Source: a virus
IMG/VR virus record: IMGVR_UViG_3300036770_008702
Coordinates: 1 to 64,000 of that record
DNA length: 64,000 nucleotides
Reading direction: 5' to 3' (one strand)
The notes under the pieces are model-generated. The model was not told the DNA's origin and ran no database searches. It saw only the letters and a list, made by a program, of their open reading frames with translations. How positions within the stretch are numbered: position 1 is the first letter of the stretch; the number at the start of each line of letters is the position of its first letter. The position numbers were made by a program, and so were the translations under genes. This document shows, piece after piece, positions 1 to 9,239 of this stretch.

Positions 1-243
1 CGGACCGCAGGTGCCGGACTGCTGCGCTATGCTTCGGTGCGCGATCCGGCCCATGGCGCGAACTGGGCGGTGCTCGACTGCGCCGCGATCTCCACGCGCA
101 TGCCGACGCGCCAGCAGACCTGGCATTACATGATCCGTCCGACCCAGATCGAAGCCGTTTGCGAAATGCCGCAGATGCGCCTGGTGTTCGCTTACGCGGA
201 CTGGGGATCGGTCGATCCTCGCATTCCACCCCAGCTGGCCTGA
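1..243 (+). CDS. RES-domain protein (RES/Xre-type toxin), C-terminal part only
   Basis: Frame open from base 1: RTAGAGLLRYASVRDPAHGANWAVL matches the RES G..Y.SVR...G.N..l motif. Confidence 0.7.
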   Translation, partial: RTAGAGLLRYASVRDPAHGANWAVLDCAAISTRMPTRQQTWHYMIRPTQIEAVCEMPQMRLVFAYADWGSVDPRIPPQLA

Positions 244-281
244 CCGCCACCACGCCCGGGCCCATACCGGACCAATTCAGT

Positions 282-325
282 CCTGTTCACCACCGATCAA
301 CGGTCGTTGGTCGGTGGTGAACAGG
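282..325. terminator. 21-bp inverted repeat between convergent genes
   Basis: CCTGTTCACCACCGATCAACG-gt-CGTTGGTCGGTGGTGAACAGG, one mismatch. Confidence 0.55.
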
Positions 326-433
326 GGCCAAATATCAGACGGAGGGATGTACTGCGTAGGCCGAGGCACGGTGCGGCCGAGTTGAATGTCGGTCGACGTG
401 CTCGGTTCGCCGGCTACGATGTGGAATGCCTCC

Positions 434-655
434 TCAGTAGCGGCCCACTCCAACGCTGATGCCGGGTCGCTGCGCCCTTTCCAGTACGATGGGGGAGAAG
501 GTCTCGCGCTTGGCCGCTTGGCGATTGCCGACCATCTCGAACCAAGTGCACCAGACGGCATCCTCGTTGGTAATGGCTCTTTGGCCGACCTGCTCGACTG
601 TCATCAACGGCCCGCCTGATTTGAGGCGGACAAGGTCACCAGGATTGAACTCCAT
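434..655 (-). CDS. YodC/DUF2158 family small protein
   Basis: FNPGDLVRLKSGGPLMTV...VWCTWF motif. Confidence 0.85.
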   Translation of the reverse strand: MEFNPGDLVRLKSGGPLMTVEQVGQRAITNEDAVWCTWFEMVGNRQAAKRETFSPIVLERAQRPGISVGVGRY

Positions 656-729
656 ATGGCACTCCGGTCAGTTGGCGATCGATCCAATATACGCGTTAGC
701 AGCGAGTCGCCATTGGAGATCCTTTGGCT

Positions 730-2697
730 TCAGAACCAGCTATCTCGCTCTCGGTTGATCCACCGCGGTCGGTAGGGAATGTATGGGGTCTGCGCCTCCT
801 GCCGAGCGGGCTGTGTTGGCTGCGCAGGTGATGCGACAGCGGCCGCAGATGCGGTGGGCGGCAGCGGTGGCACCGACGCCATCCCATCCGCCATCCGATC
901 CCACCGCCCGTCGCCCCAGCCGTCCATCCCCATGGCCGCCGTTGCCGCCCTGGCATAGACGCGACAGTCGAGCGCCTCATTCCGCTCCCGCGTTTTGACC
1001 CACTCCATCTTGCGGAACCCGTTGCGCCCGGCACGGATCACCAATTGCTCAGCGGTCAGCTGCTTGCAGAACTCCTCCCCCGCGGCGTGGCTGGGCAGAT
1101 GCACGTAGCCCGCGGGATAGTCCTCGCCTGATTCCTCCGTCGGCCGGTCCAGCTTCAGCCAGCCATAGGTCTCCCCTTTGAGATAGCTGGACCCGACCGG
1201 CCACACCTTGAGGCCACCTAACCTGGTGCCGTTGCGCCGCACCTCGGTCTTCGATGCCAAGCCCACCGCTTGGCGCAGGGCGTCCTGACCCTTCACGGCG
1301 ATGACACGCGTGGACCCGGCGCGACGCACAAAGGCGTAGACCTCGGCGGTGGTCATGCCATCGCCGCTGTCCACGGCGGTCATCGAGATCCCCAGTTGCT
1401 GGCCGCTATCGTGGCGCCACGTTTCGTTGAGCAAGGCGCGCAGCTCGTCCCAGACAGCGCGATGGAAAGGGTTGCCTGGAATGACCCGATGATCCACCAA
1501 CCAGGACTGCTTGCCATACCCCCAGGCCCAGATCGATGCCTCGACGCGATCGCGCTGAACGTCGACGCCGGCGGTCAGGAACAGCCCGCCCTGCGGCACC
1601 GTGCCTGGCGCCCACGTCTCCCGGCGATCATATAGACGCTGCCAGTCGGGCGCCTCGCCCGGCTCCTGCCACGTCTCGCCCAGCACTGTGTTCTTGAATG
1701 TCTTGATGGCGCGACCATCGCCCTGGGCCGCCTCCCAGTCCCGCGCGATCTGCTCCCAGGAGAGCCAGCCGATGGGTGAATAGAGCGCGGAGATGTGGAA
1801 GCCCACCGCATGGGGATCGGAGGCTTCCGCCGTCGCCCGCCAGGTGCCGGCGGCGAGCATGGCGGTCTTGTGGTGCTCCAGGATGGGGTGGTCGCAACCT
1901 TCGCAGTGATAGGCCACCGTATGGGGCGCCCCCCATTCCCACCTGAGCCGATCAAAGCGCAACCACTGCTCATGGCCACACTCCGGACACGGCAGGAAGT
2001 AGCGTCGCTGGTCCGTGGCTTCGAACTCGCGTTCGATGCGCGATGCCCCGGCGATGGTCGGCGTCGAGACGAGGTACACCTTGCGCCGCCAGCCAAAGGT
2101 GCGGGCCCGGGCCTCGGCCAGCGCAATGGGATCACCTTCGCCGTCGACATCGCCAGGATAGGCATCGACCTCGTCGAGGAACAGGAACCGCGCCGTCATC
2201 GAGCGCAAGCCCACTGCCGAGTTGGCCCCGGTCAGCACCAGGATGCCGCCCGGGAACTCCTTCGAGAGCTGGGTGTTGCCGCTGTCGCGGGCCCGGGCCG
2301 GCGCCACCCGCTCGCGCAGTGCCGGCGTCTCCTCCAGCAGGGGATCGATCCTCTGGCGGCTAAAGCGCTTGGCCAGTTCCACGGTCGGCTGCACCGCCAG
2401 CACCGGAGCCGGCACGTGGTGCATGATGTAGCCGAGCCAGCAGTTGCCGCCTTCCGTGGCGCCGACCTGAGCCCCCTTCATGAACACGACCCGGCGGGCA
2501 GGATGCACGGCCGACAGCGTGTCCATGATCTCGCGCAGATAGGGCGTGCGGCTGGTGCGCCAGGGTCCAGGCTCCGACGAGGCGCGGGTGCCGAGCACGC
2601 GGTGCTGGTCGGCCCATTGGCTGACGGTGAGTTGGGGCGGCGGGCGCAGCATGGCGCCGGCACGGCGATGGACATGGCTAGCGGTCCGCCCCGCCAT
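730..2697 (-). CDS. Terminase large subunit, lambda GpA family (copy A)
   Basis: KGAQVGAT Walker A, FLDEVD Walker B, VSTPT, LTAGVDVQ, RNEALDC. Confidence 0.95.
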   Translation of the reverse strand: MAGRTASHVHRRAGAMLRPPPQLTVSQWADQHRVLGTRASSEPGPWRTSRTPYLREIMDTLSAVHPARRVVFMKGAQVGATEGGNCWLGYIMHHVPAPVLAVQPTVELAKRFSRQRIDPLLEETPALRERVAPARARDSGNTQLSKEFPGGILVLTGANSAVGLRSMTARFLFLDEVDAYPGDVDGEGDPIALAEARARTFGWRRKVYLVSTPTIAGASRIEREFEATDQRRYFLPCPECGHEQWLRFDRLRWEWGAPHTVAYHCEGCDHPILEHHKTAMLAAGTWRATAEASDPHAVGFHISALYSPIGWLSWEQIARDWEAAQGDGRAIKTFKNTVLGETWQEPGEAPDWQRLYDRRETWAPGTVPQGGLFLTAGVDVQRDRVEASIWAWGYGKQSWLVDHRVIPGNPFHRAVWDELRALLNETWRHDSGQQLGISMTAVDSGDGMTTAEVYAFVRRAGSTRVIAVKGQDALRQAVGLASKTEVRRNGTRLGGLKVWPVGSSYLKGETYGWLKLDRPTEESGEDYPAGYVHLPSHAAGEEFCKQLTAEQLVIRAGRNGFRKMEWVKTRERNEALDCRVYARAATAAMGMDGWGDGRWDRMADGMASVPPLPPTASAAAVASPAQPTQPARQEAQTPYIPYRPRWINRERDSWF

Positions 2698-3211
2698 GTC
2701 CGAGGTCTGGAGGATCGAAGCGATCGGCCGCCTCCATCAGCATAGTGGTGACGTGCTGCTGCAGGACGGACTGCATCAGGTGGGGATCGACACCGAGTTC
2801 GGCGGCGATCTGGCCGGAGACGCGGCTGGGCCAGTTCAGCAGGGCATCGCGCATGGCGCCGGCGATCTCATCGATCGCGGCGTTGGCGGCCGCGGTGTCC
2901 AGTAGCCGGCCCTTCTCCTCGTCGAGCGCCAGACGGCGGGCCTCGACCTTCAGCGCCAGTTCGGCAACCTTGAGCCGCGCGAAGGGGGTGGCGTCAGACG
3001 ACATTGCCGCCCCTGATCCGGCAGCGCCCTGCGCCAACGGGGAGCGGGCCGGATCGGCGGTCTCGACCATGCGGCGGCGGGTCTTCTCGACATCCCACTG
3101 GCCGTCGGGCTCACGGACGATCCGGCCCTTGGCCTCGGCCTTGCGCAGGGCGGTCTCGGTGACGCCGATGCGGCGTGCGGCTTCACGGGTGGAGGGGGTC
3201 AGCTCTGGCAT
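2678..3211 (-). CDS. Terminase small subunit-like protein (copy A)
   Basis: N-terminal HTH (STREAARRIGVTETALRKA), RDALLNWP motif, overlaps terL start; start may be 3226. Confidence 0.8.
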   Translation of the reverse strand: MPELTPSTREAARRIGVTETALRKAEAKGRIVREPDGQWDVEKTRRRMVETADPARSPLAQGAAGSGAAMSSDATPFARLKVAELALKVEARRLALDEEKGRLLDTAAANAAIDEIAGAMRDALLNWPSRVSGQIAAELGVDPHLMQSVLQQHVTTMLMEAADRFDPPDLGHGGADR

Positions 3212-3282
3212 TCCCGTCCCCATCATCCGCGTCAGGCGGCAAGACCACGCTCATCATGTGATCGAGCGTGGGCGGTGATCGC

Positions 3283-3381
3283 AATCATTCTGCGCTCAAT
3301 CTGACTTGGCTATGCCGCGCCCCAGCGCGAAGTGTCCATCACGCGCAGGGGACCAGCACCCGCCAGACAGGAGCAGCACAG
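3283..3381 (+). promoter_or_regulatory. Conserved divergent promoter/leader between terS and the hypothetical gene
   Basis: Nearly identical to 63493-63590; AGGAG RBS before ATG 3382. Confidence 0.45.
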
Positions 3382-3750
3382 ATGGCCAACACCAGCATCC
3401 CGCAGACAGAAAACCGCGAACACGGCTTCTTCGGGACCATTTCCCACCATGCCGACCCCGAGCGCGCCTGGGACATTGCCCTGGCCTTCATCGCCGGGAT
3501 CACTGGCTGCAGCCCTGACGCCACGCGCGCCTTCCTCGATAGCCGCCACGGCCGGCACTTCGCCGACGAGGTCAGCAACCACCTGGTGGCGGGCCAGGGA
3601 CTGGCCAGCGCGATAAACGCCGCCACGACCACCTGGATGGGCTGGCGGATCAGCGCCCGCACCGCCCACGAAACCGGCATCCCGCGCGGGCTCCCCTACC
3701 TGACCGGCTACGTCCTGCACGTCGAGATCGAGACCGACACCACCGAGTGA
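3382..3750 (+). CDS. Conserved phage hypothetical protein (GFFGT...FLDSRHGRHFAD)
   Basis: RBS AGGAG; near-identical copy at 63591-63959. Confidence 0.85.
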   Translation: MANTSIPQTENREHGFFGTISHHADPERAWDIALAFIAGITGCSPDATRAFLDSRHGRHFADEVSNHLVAGQGLASAINAATTTWMGWRISARTAHETGIPRGLPYLTGYVLHVEIETDTTE

Positions 3751-3850
3751 CGCAGCACCCTCCGCCGCCGCCCCGCCCGGGTTCCAACCGGCGGGGCTCC
3801 AAGCAGTAGCAGGCGCCCGATGGTCGGGAGCCGCCACCCGGAGCACGCAG

Positions 3851-4651
3851 ATGAGCCCCTCCCCCGCCGCCACCATCGTCCTGACCCGCGCCGCAGAGCG
3901 CGCGGACCGCCGCCTCGAATTCCACCGCAAGCTGCCGACCGGTGGCCGCCACAAGATGATCGACGCCCTGCTGCGCGAGGGCCTGATCGCCGAGACCCAG
4001 GGCGACTACCGCCTCGGCGACGGCGCCCTGCTGATCGAGGACTCCGCCACCGGCCTGATGCTGACCACGCTGGCCCTGACCGACGCCGGCTTCCGCGCCC
4101 TCAACATGGACCCGCCGGGCCACGAGGCCGACGCCGAAACTTCCGCCACGGACTCGCCCACGGCGCCCGACACGGCGGCGGTGCAAGCGGAGGCCCTGGC
4201 GGTCGCCGACGCCCTGGAAGCCGCCCAGGGCGCGCCCGTGCCCACGCCGCGCGCCAGCCTGCGCGACGCTGCCGCGACGGTGCTGGCCGCCTGGATGGAT
4301 GATGCCAACCGCGAGACCGACATCATCGCCGCGCTCGAAGCTCCGATGGATGCCCTGCGCGCCGCCCTGGCCACCAAGCCGGGCCGCCCGGCCCGCGAGC
4401 CCGGCGCACCGCGCAAGCCGCGCGAGGGCACCAAGCAGGAGGCAGTGCTCACCATGCTCCGCCGCGCCGAGGGGGCGACGGTGGCGCAGATTGCCGAGGC
4501 GACGGGTTGGGCCAGCCACACCGTGCGCGGCTTCCTGGCGGGCCTGAAGAAGAAGGGCATCCAGGTCACCGCGCTGGAGCGCGTCCGCGTAGTCGGAACT
4601 GGCAAGGACGGCGCGAAGGGGTCTTACACGGTCTACCAAGTCGGTACCTGA
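3851..4651 (+). CDS. DUF3489 domain protein
   Basis: REGTKQEAVLTMLRRAEGATVAQIAEATGWASHTVRGFL. Confidence 0.9.
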   Translation: MSPSPAATIVLTRAAERADRRLEFHRKLPTGGRHKMIDALLREGLIAETQGDYRLGDGALLIEDSATGLMLTTLALTDAGFRALNMDPPGHEADAETSATDSPTAPDTAAVQAEALAVADALEAAQGAPVPTPRASLRDAAATVLAAWMDDANRETDIIAALEAPMDALRAALATKPGRPAREPGAPRKPREGTKQEAVLTMLRRAEGATVAQIAEATGWASHTVRGFLAGLKKKGIQVTALERVRVVGTGKDGAKGSYTVYQVGT

Positions 4652-4780
4652 CTCAACTGGTGTCGCTATATGCCATCGCTCCTCCCGCTTTGGGGCGATG
4701 GCACAGGCGGGATCGATTTGGTTTCAAGGCACGTAGTCCGAAGGTCGAAATTGAAACGCACCGCCAAGAAGTGCATAATC

Positions 4781-5038
4781 TCAATTGCCGATTCGCTTGG
4801 TCGCGTTTGCGCCAACAATGAGATCGAAAATATCGCCTGCAGCTGCGAATGACGCGGCCTTGGCGAGAATCTCAAAATGGTTTGTTCCGTTGTGGTGCTG
4901 CGCCTTGATGATGAAGTAGCCCTCGCCGCCACCAAGGTTGTCGTCTTCAATGTGCTCATCGTAGGTCTGGCGATCGATCGGTGACACGTAGAGCACCGCT
5001 CCACCCCCGATTTCTGCCCTAAGGACCATGTCTTCCAT
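4781..5038 (-). CDS. Hypothetical protein, 85 aa
   Basis: Lower-GC ORF with protein-like composition. Confidence 0.55.
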   Translation of the reverse strand: MEDMVLRAEIGGGAVLYVSPIDRQTYDEHIEDDNLGGGEGYFIIKAQHHNGTNHFEILAKAASFAAAGDIFDLIVGANATKRIGN

Positions 5039-5783
5039 GAGCGATACCCCCCACTTCGGATTCTATAAGCATCCCAGGTTCTCGGCAAACCACGTGGCTG
5101 AATACCTTTGCACGCTAGATGCAGGTCAGCGAGAGGCGGTCATTCGTAAGGCAAAATTCCCGCGGAAGAGCGCTGTGGTAGCCTATCAGCAGGTCACACC
5201 AGTATTTCGCAGATTTATGACGGGAAACACTAGCGATCTAAGCTTTTTCGACGAGCCCATTCAACGACTGGAGGCGAAGGCCCGACGCGAGGTGGGATAC
5301 CCTCGCGACGAGGCGCTGCGTTGCATTGCGGCAATCGAGGCATTCAAGATTGCTTTTGCGAAAGTGGATCTTGGGAATGCTGAGTTTGTGCCCGGTCCCC
5401 GTGATGTTACCTTCAAGGTCGAAGGCGTCTCGATCAATGTGCGCTTAGACCCTCCAATAATTGAGCGTACCGCTGACGGGAGCAACTTCTCGGGCGGATG
5501 CGTAATGCTCCTTTCGAGCTCCCCAGAGGCGCGAAGGAATATAGAAAGCCGGCGTAAAAATGTGGCTGCTATAGCTCACTGGGCACTTGAGAAGATTGAT
5601 TCCAACCAGGAGCCGGCTGCAAAGCTTTGCCTTTCGTTTGATGCCTTTGGAGGCAAGATCATAAGTGCACCTCAAGCGGTTGAGCGGCTTCGAAAGCGCG
5701 TTGCAGCCGCTTGTCGTGAAGCAGGCGACAGCTGGCATCGTGTTGAACCTCCGGCCGGGTATGACGGTCCCGCTTGGCGATAG
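5028..5783 (+). CDS. Hypothetical protein, ~250 aa
   Basis: Long ORF in a lower-GC insert; likely start 5037. Confidence 0.8.
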   Translation: MSSMSDTPHFGFYKHPRFSANHVAEYLCTLDAGQREAVIRKAKFPRKSAVVAYQQVTPVFRRFMTGNTSDLSFFDEPIQRLEAKARREVGYPRDEALRCIAAIEAFKIAFAKVDLGNAEFVPGPRDVTFKVEGVSINVRLDPPIIERTADGSNFSGGCVMLLSSSPEARRNIESRRKNVAAIAHWALEKIDSNQEPAAKLCLSFDAFGGKIISAPQAVERLRKRVAAACREAGDSWHRVEPPAGYDGPAWR

Positions 5784-5787
5784 AGAG

Positions 5788-6999
5788 TTAGGCAGACCGA
5801 TCGCCGTTTTGGGACCGCACCGGCGTCTGGCCCGCTGCCGCCTCCCAACGCCGCACGATCACGTCGACATAGCCAGGGTCGATCTCAAGCAGCACTGCCT
5901 GCCGTCCCGTCCGTTCGGCTGCGATCATGGTCGTGCCGGACCCGCCGAACGGATCCAGCACCGTGCCCTGCTGTTTGCTGCTGTTGCGGATGGCGCGCTC
6001 CACCAGCGCCACCGGCTTCATCGTCGGATGCAGGTCGTTGCGCGCCGGCTTGTCGAAATGCCAGACGTTCCCCTGGTCGCGCGCGCCGCACCAGTAGTGC
6101 TGGCCACCGGCCTTCCAGCCGTAGAGCATCGCCTCGAACTGCTGGTGGTAGTCGGCACGTCCGAGCGCGAAGGTGTTCTTGGCCCAGATGATGGTGCTGG
6201 ACCACTTGCCGCCCGCCTCTTGCCAGGCCCGATGCAGGGTCGGCCATTCCGACGATGACATGCAGACGTAGCATGCGCCGATGGTCAGCTGCAGAAGGTT
6301 GGTCAGCGCAGGGGACAGGAAGTCGAGAAAGCCGCTGCCGAGGGCATCATTTGCAATCGTCATCTTTGCTGCCGTGCCTCCTTGATAGCCGACGTTGTAG
6401 GGCGGGTCGGTGAACGCCATGTCGGCAAACCGTCCCGGCCCGAGCGCGCGCTGAACGTCCACCAGCTTCGTGGCGTCGCCGCACAGCACCCGGTGCTGGC
6501 CGCAAATCCACAGGTCCCCCGGTCGGGTTACGGGCACGGAAGGCAGCGGCGGCACCTCGTCCAGCGATGCATCGCCATCACCGTGGATGGTGGCGAGCAA
6601 GTCGTCGATCTCGCGGCTGGAGAAGCCCATAACGTCCAGGTCGACCACGCCCTCGTCGCGGACCCGTGCCAGTTCCGCGGCGAGCAGCGCCTCGTCCCAG
6701 CCTGAGTTGAGCGCGATCTGGTTGTCGGCCAGCCGCAACGCGCGGGCCTGTGCCTCGGACAGATGCGCGAGCCGGATCGCTGGCACCGCCGTCAGACCCA
6801 GACGCTTAGCTGCCAGTACGCGGCCATGCCCCGCCACCAGCACGCCGGCCGCATCGACCAGCACCGGGTTCACGAAGCCGAACTCAGCAATGGAGGCCGC
6901 GATCTGCCCAACCTGCGCGTCCGAGTGGGTGCGGGCGTTGGCAGCGTAGGGGATCAGCGACTCCACCGGCATCGCCACCACGGCGAGATCAGCCTGCAT
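5788..6999 (-). CDS. ParB-like domain + N6/N4 DNA methyltransferase (DPPY)
   Basis: NARTH/AGHGR/LADN ParB motifs; TDPPYN, HPTMKP, VLDPFGGSGTT. Confidence 0.93.
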   Translation of the reverse strand: MQADLAVVAMPVESLIPYAANARTHSDAQVGQIAASIAEFGFVNPVLVDAAGVLVAGHGRVLAAKRLGLTAVPAIRLAHLSEAQARALRLADNQIALNSGWDEALLAAELARVRDEGVVDLDVMGFSSREIDDLLATIHGDGDASLDEVPPLPSVPVTRPGDLWICGQHRVLCGDATKLVDVQRALGPGRFADMAFTDPPYNVGYQGGTAAKMTIANDALGSGFLDFLSPALTNLLQLTIGACYVCMSSSEWPTLHRAWQEAGGKWSSTIIWAKNTFALGRADYHQQFEAMLYGWKAGGQHYWCGARDQGNVWHFDKPARNDLHPTMKPVALVERAIRNSSKQQGTVLDPFGGSGTTMIAAERTGRQAVLLEIDPGYVDVIVRRWEAAAGQTPVRSQNGDRSA

Positions 7000-8470
7000 C
7001 GGCGGCCTCCATCACCTTGGTGCGTTCCGCGGCCACCGTGTCATAGTCCCGCCCGTCGCTGTCGAGCGTCACCGCCAGGTCGGGATGGTTCTGCCGCCAG
7101 CGCGCGATCGCCAGGTCAACATATGCTGGCGCCAGCTCGATCGCCCGCACCCGTCGTTCGGTCCTCTGTCCCGCCAGCAGCGTCGTGCCCGACCCGGCAA
7201 AGGGCTCGAACACCAGGTCGCGCTCGGCGGAATACGTCTCCATCAGGAACGCGGGGAGTTTCACCGGGAACACCGCCGGGTGCTCGGTCTCGATGCCGCG
7301 CTCCTTGTGCCGGCTGATCCGCACCACGTTGTCGGGGATCCGGAAATCCTGGATTGGCCGGCCCAGGTGCGAGTTGCCGCTCATGCTGCCGTCGGGACGG
7401 CGCAGCCCGGACATCAGCAGCGGGTCGCCGGCCCACTTGCAGGGCACGACCTTGTTGGCCTGGCGCGGCTGGCGGTTGAAGTGGAAGACGAACTCGAAGC
7501 TCGGCGCCAACCGCCCATTCCAGTCGCCGGGCAGGCCGGGACCCTGGTCCCACACATACCAGCCGAACCGGCGCCATCCGGTCGTTCGCATCCATTCGAC
7601 CCAGCCCTGCCAGTAGGGATGCCATTCGCTCTCCCGGTGCGTCATGCCGAGGTTCACCAGCACCTGCCCGTCCTCGGCCAGCGCATCACCTGCGTGCTGG
7701 AAGACACCCTGCATGAGGTTGTCCCAGTCGCCGATGCCGCCGGTCGTGTAGTTGCGCTGGCTGCCATACGGCGGCGAGGTGAACAGCAGCGCCGCGCGCT
7801 CACCGGACATGACACGAGCGACGGCCGCCCCATCGGTGCTGTCACCGCAGAGCAGCCGGTGCTCGCCAAGGAGCCAAAGATCGCCGGGGCGAGTGACGGC
7901 GGCGCGCGGCGGGTCGGCCGCCGCATCTGCGGGGTCTTCGTCCCCGTCATCGCCATCCGCGCCCGCAGGTTCGGCGTGACCATCGACGTTGGCGCCGTCC
8001 TGCTCGTCCCGCGCATCGCCATCGGTGACGGCCTCGTCCGCGGCGGCCAGGATCGCGCCGATCTCCTCCTGGGAGAACCCGATGGCCAGCAGGTCAATCT
8101 CGCCCGCCTGCTGCAGCCCGGCCAGTGCGTCGCGCAGCAGCGCCTGGTCCCAGGTCGCGTTTTCGGCGATGCGGTTGTCGGCGAGCCGAAGTGCCTCTTT
8201 CTGCGCCGGCGACAGGTGCTTCAGCGCGATCACCGGCACCTTGGTGACGCCCAGCGCCAGTGCTGCCTCGAGTCGTCCGTGTCCCGCGATCAACACGCTG
8301 TCCTCGTCCACCAGCAGCGGGTTGGTGAACCCAAACGCCAGCATGCTGGCCTTGATCTGCTCCAGCTGCTCGGCGGAATGGATCCGCGCATTGCCGGCAT
8401 GGGGACGCAGGTCGGCCGCCGGGCGCAGCACGATCTGCGCGGCCATCCAAGGGAGGGTCATCGGCACCAT
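6989..8470 (-). CDS. ParB-like domain + DNA methyltransferase (SPPY, likely N4-C)
   Basis: ParB N-terminus; FTSPPY, HPAVFP, FEPFAGSGTT. Confidence 0.93.
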   Translation of the reverse strand: MVPMTLPWMAAQIVLRPAADLRPHAGNARIHSAEQLEQIKASMLAFGFTNPLLVDEDSVLIAGHGRLEAALALGVTKVPVIALKHLSPAQKEALRLADNRIAENATWDQALLRDALAGLQQAGEIDLLAIGFSQEEIGAILAAADEAVTDGDARDEQDGANVDGHAEPAGADGDDGDEDPADAAADPPRAAVTRPGDLWLLGEHRLLCGDSTDGAAVARVMSGERAALLFTSPPYGSQRNYTTGGIGDWDNLMQGVFQHAGDALAEDGQVLVNLGMTHRESEWHPYWQGWVEWMRTTGWRRFGWYVWDQGPGLPGDWNGRLAPSFEFVFHFNRQPRQANKVVPCKWAGDPLLMSGLRRPDGSMSGNSHLGRPIQDFRIPDNVVRISRHKERGIETEHPAVFPVKLPAFLMETYSAERDLVFEPFAGSGTTLLAGQRTERRVRAIELAPAYVDLAIARWRQNHPDLAVTLDSDGRDYDTVAAERTKVMEAADAG

Positions 8471-8486
8471 CCGGCATGTGAGGGGA

Positions 8487-8664
8487 GTGCGAACCAGGGT
8501 CGCAGCGCTGCGGCGTGCGAACCTCAGTGGCGAGGGTAGGCAATTTTTGGCGGAATACCGCGGTCAGCCGCCCGTAGCTGCGAACCGCGAACCAGATTTC
8601 AGAACTGACAGTAGCGACCTACCGCGCATCGTCCCCCCGCATGGGATTGTCCCAGGAAGGAACC
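8487..8664 (-). other. Putative cos packaging site (cosQ-cosN-like plus repeated binding sites)
   Basis: Minus strand GGTTCCT-N20-GGGGGACGATGC-GCG resembles lambda GGGTCCT...GGGCGGCGACCT-CGCG; four GGTTCGC repeats follow. Confidence 0.55.
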
Positions 8665-8813
8665 ATGGCTTCGAAACGAGTGGCTCAGGAGCCGCAGTGG
8701 CTAGGGGGAGACGGCGGAGGCACTTATCGAGCCACCCTCAATGTAGCCCAAGCAAATCTCGTTGCGCAACACGACATTTCTACGCAGGTTTTCGCACGTC
8801 TTCGCGTGTTGGG

Positions 8814-9239
8814 TTAAATCCGCTTTAGCGGCTTTGGCTTGCCTGACCACGGGCATTTGAGAAGAGCGCCAAGTGGTGCACCCCGGACGCTGCCCATCCA
8901 AGTCGACCACCAAAGGAGGGAGTGGTGTGCCCGCTCCATCATCGAGGCATGGTTCCACTCACCTGTCAGCACGATGCCTATGCATCCCGTCTCGGCAAAA
9001 GCGGCTCGCTCATGGGAGCGTGTCCTCATGCTCTTGTCGGTGGTGACAAGCGCCGCGCGGCTGTGTCCGCCTTCTACAACTGCCTGGATCAACAGAACGT
9101 CTTTGGTTCCATTCTGCACAATGTCCAGCGCATGATGAACCTCGAGAGACTCCTGAGAGCCCAGTGCATCGGCCTCCACGATCAATTTAATCGCGTGCGC
9201 GACCACGCGAGGCGTGTTTTCGTCAAATACGACTTTCAC
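8814..9239 (-). CDS. PIN-like toxin (VapC45/PIN_10-like)
   Basis: MKVVFDEN...D....LVTTDKSMR..HER pattern; coupled to upstream gene. Confidence 0.8.
   Translation of the reverse strand: MKVVFDENTPRVVAHAIKLIVEADALGSQESLEVHHALDIVQNGTKDVLLIQAVVEGGHSRAALVTTDKSMRTRSHERAAFAETGCIGIVLTGEWNHASMMERAHHSLLWWSTWMGSVRGAPLGALLKCPWSGKPKPLKRI

Noticed and set aside
730-3750. Assembly artefact duplicating 60969-63959
   Set aside because: The copies differ at many synonymous sites and in the terL 3' half.
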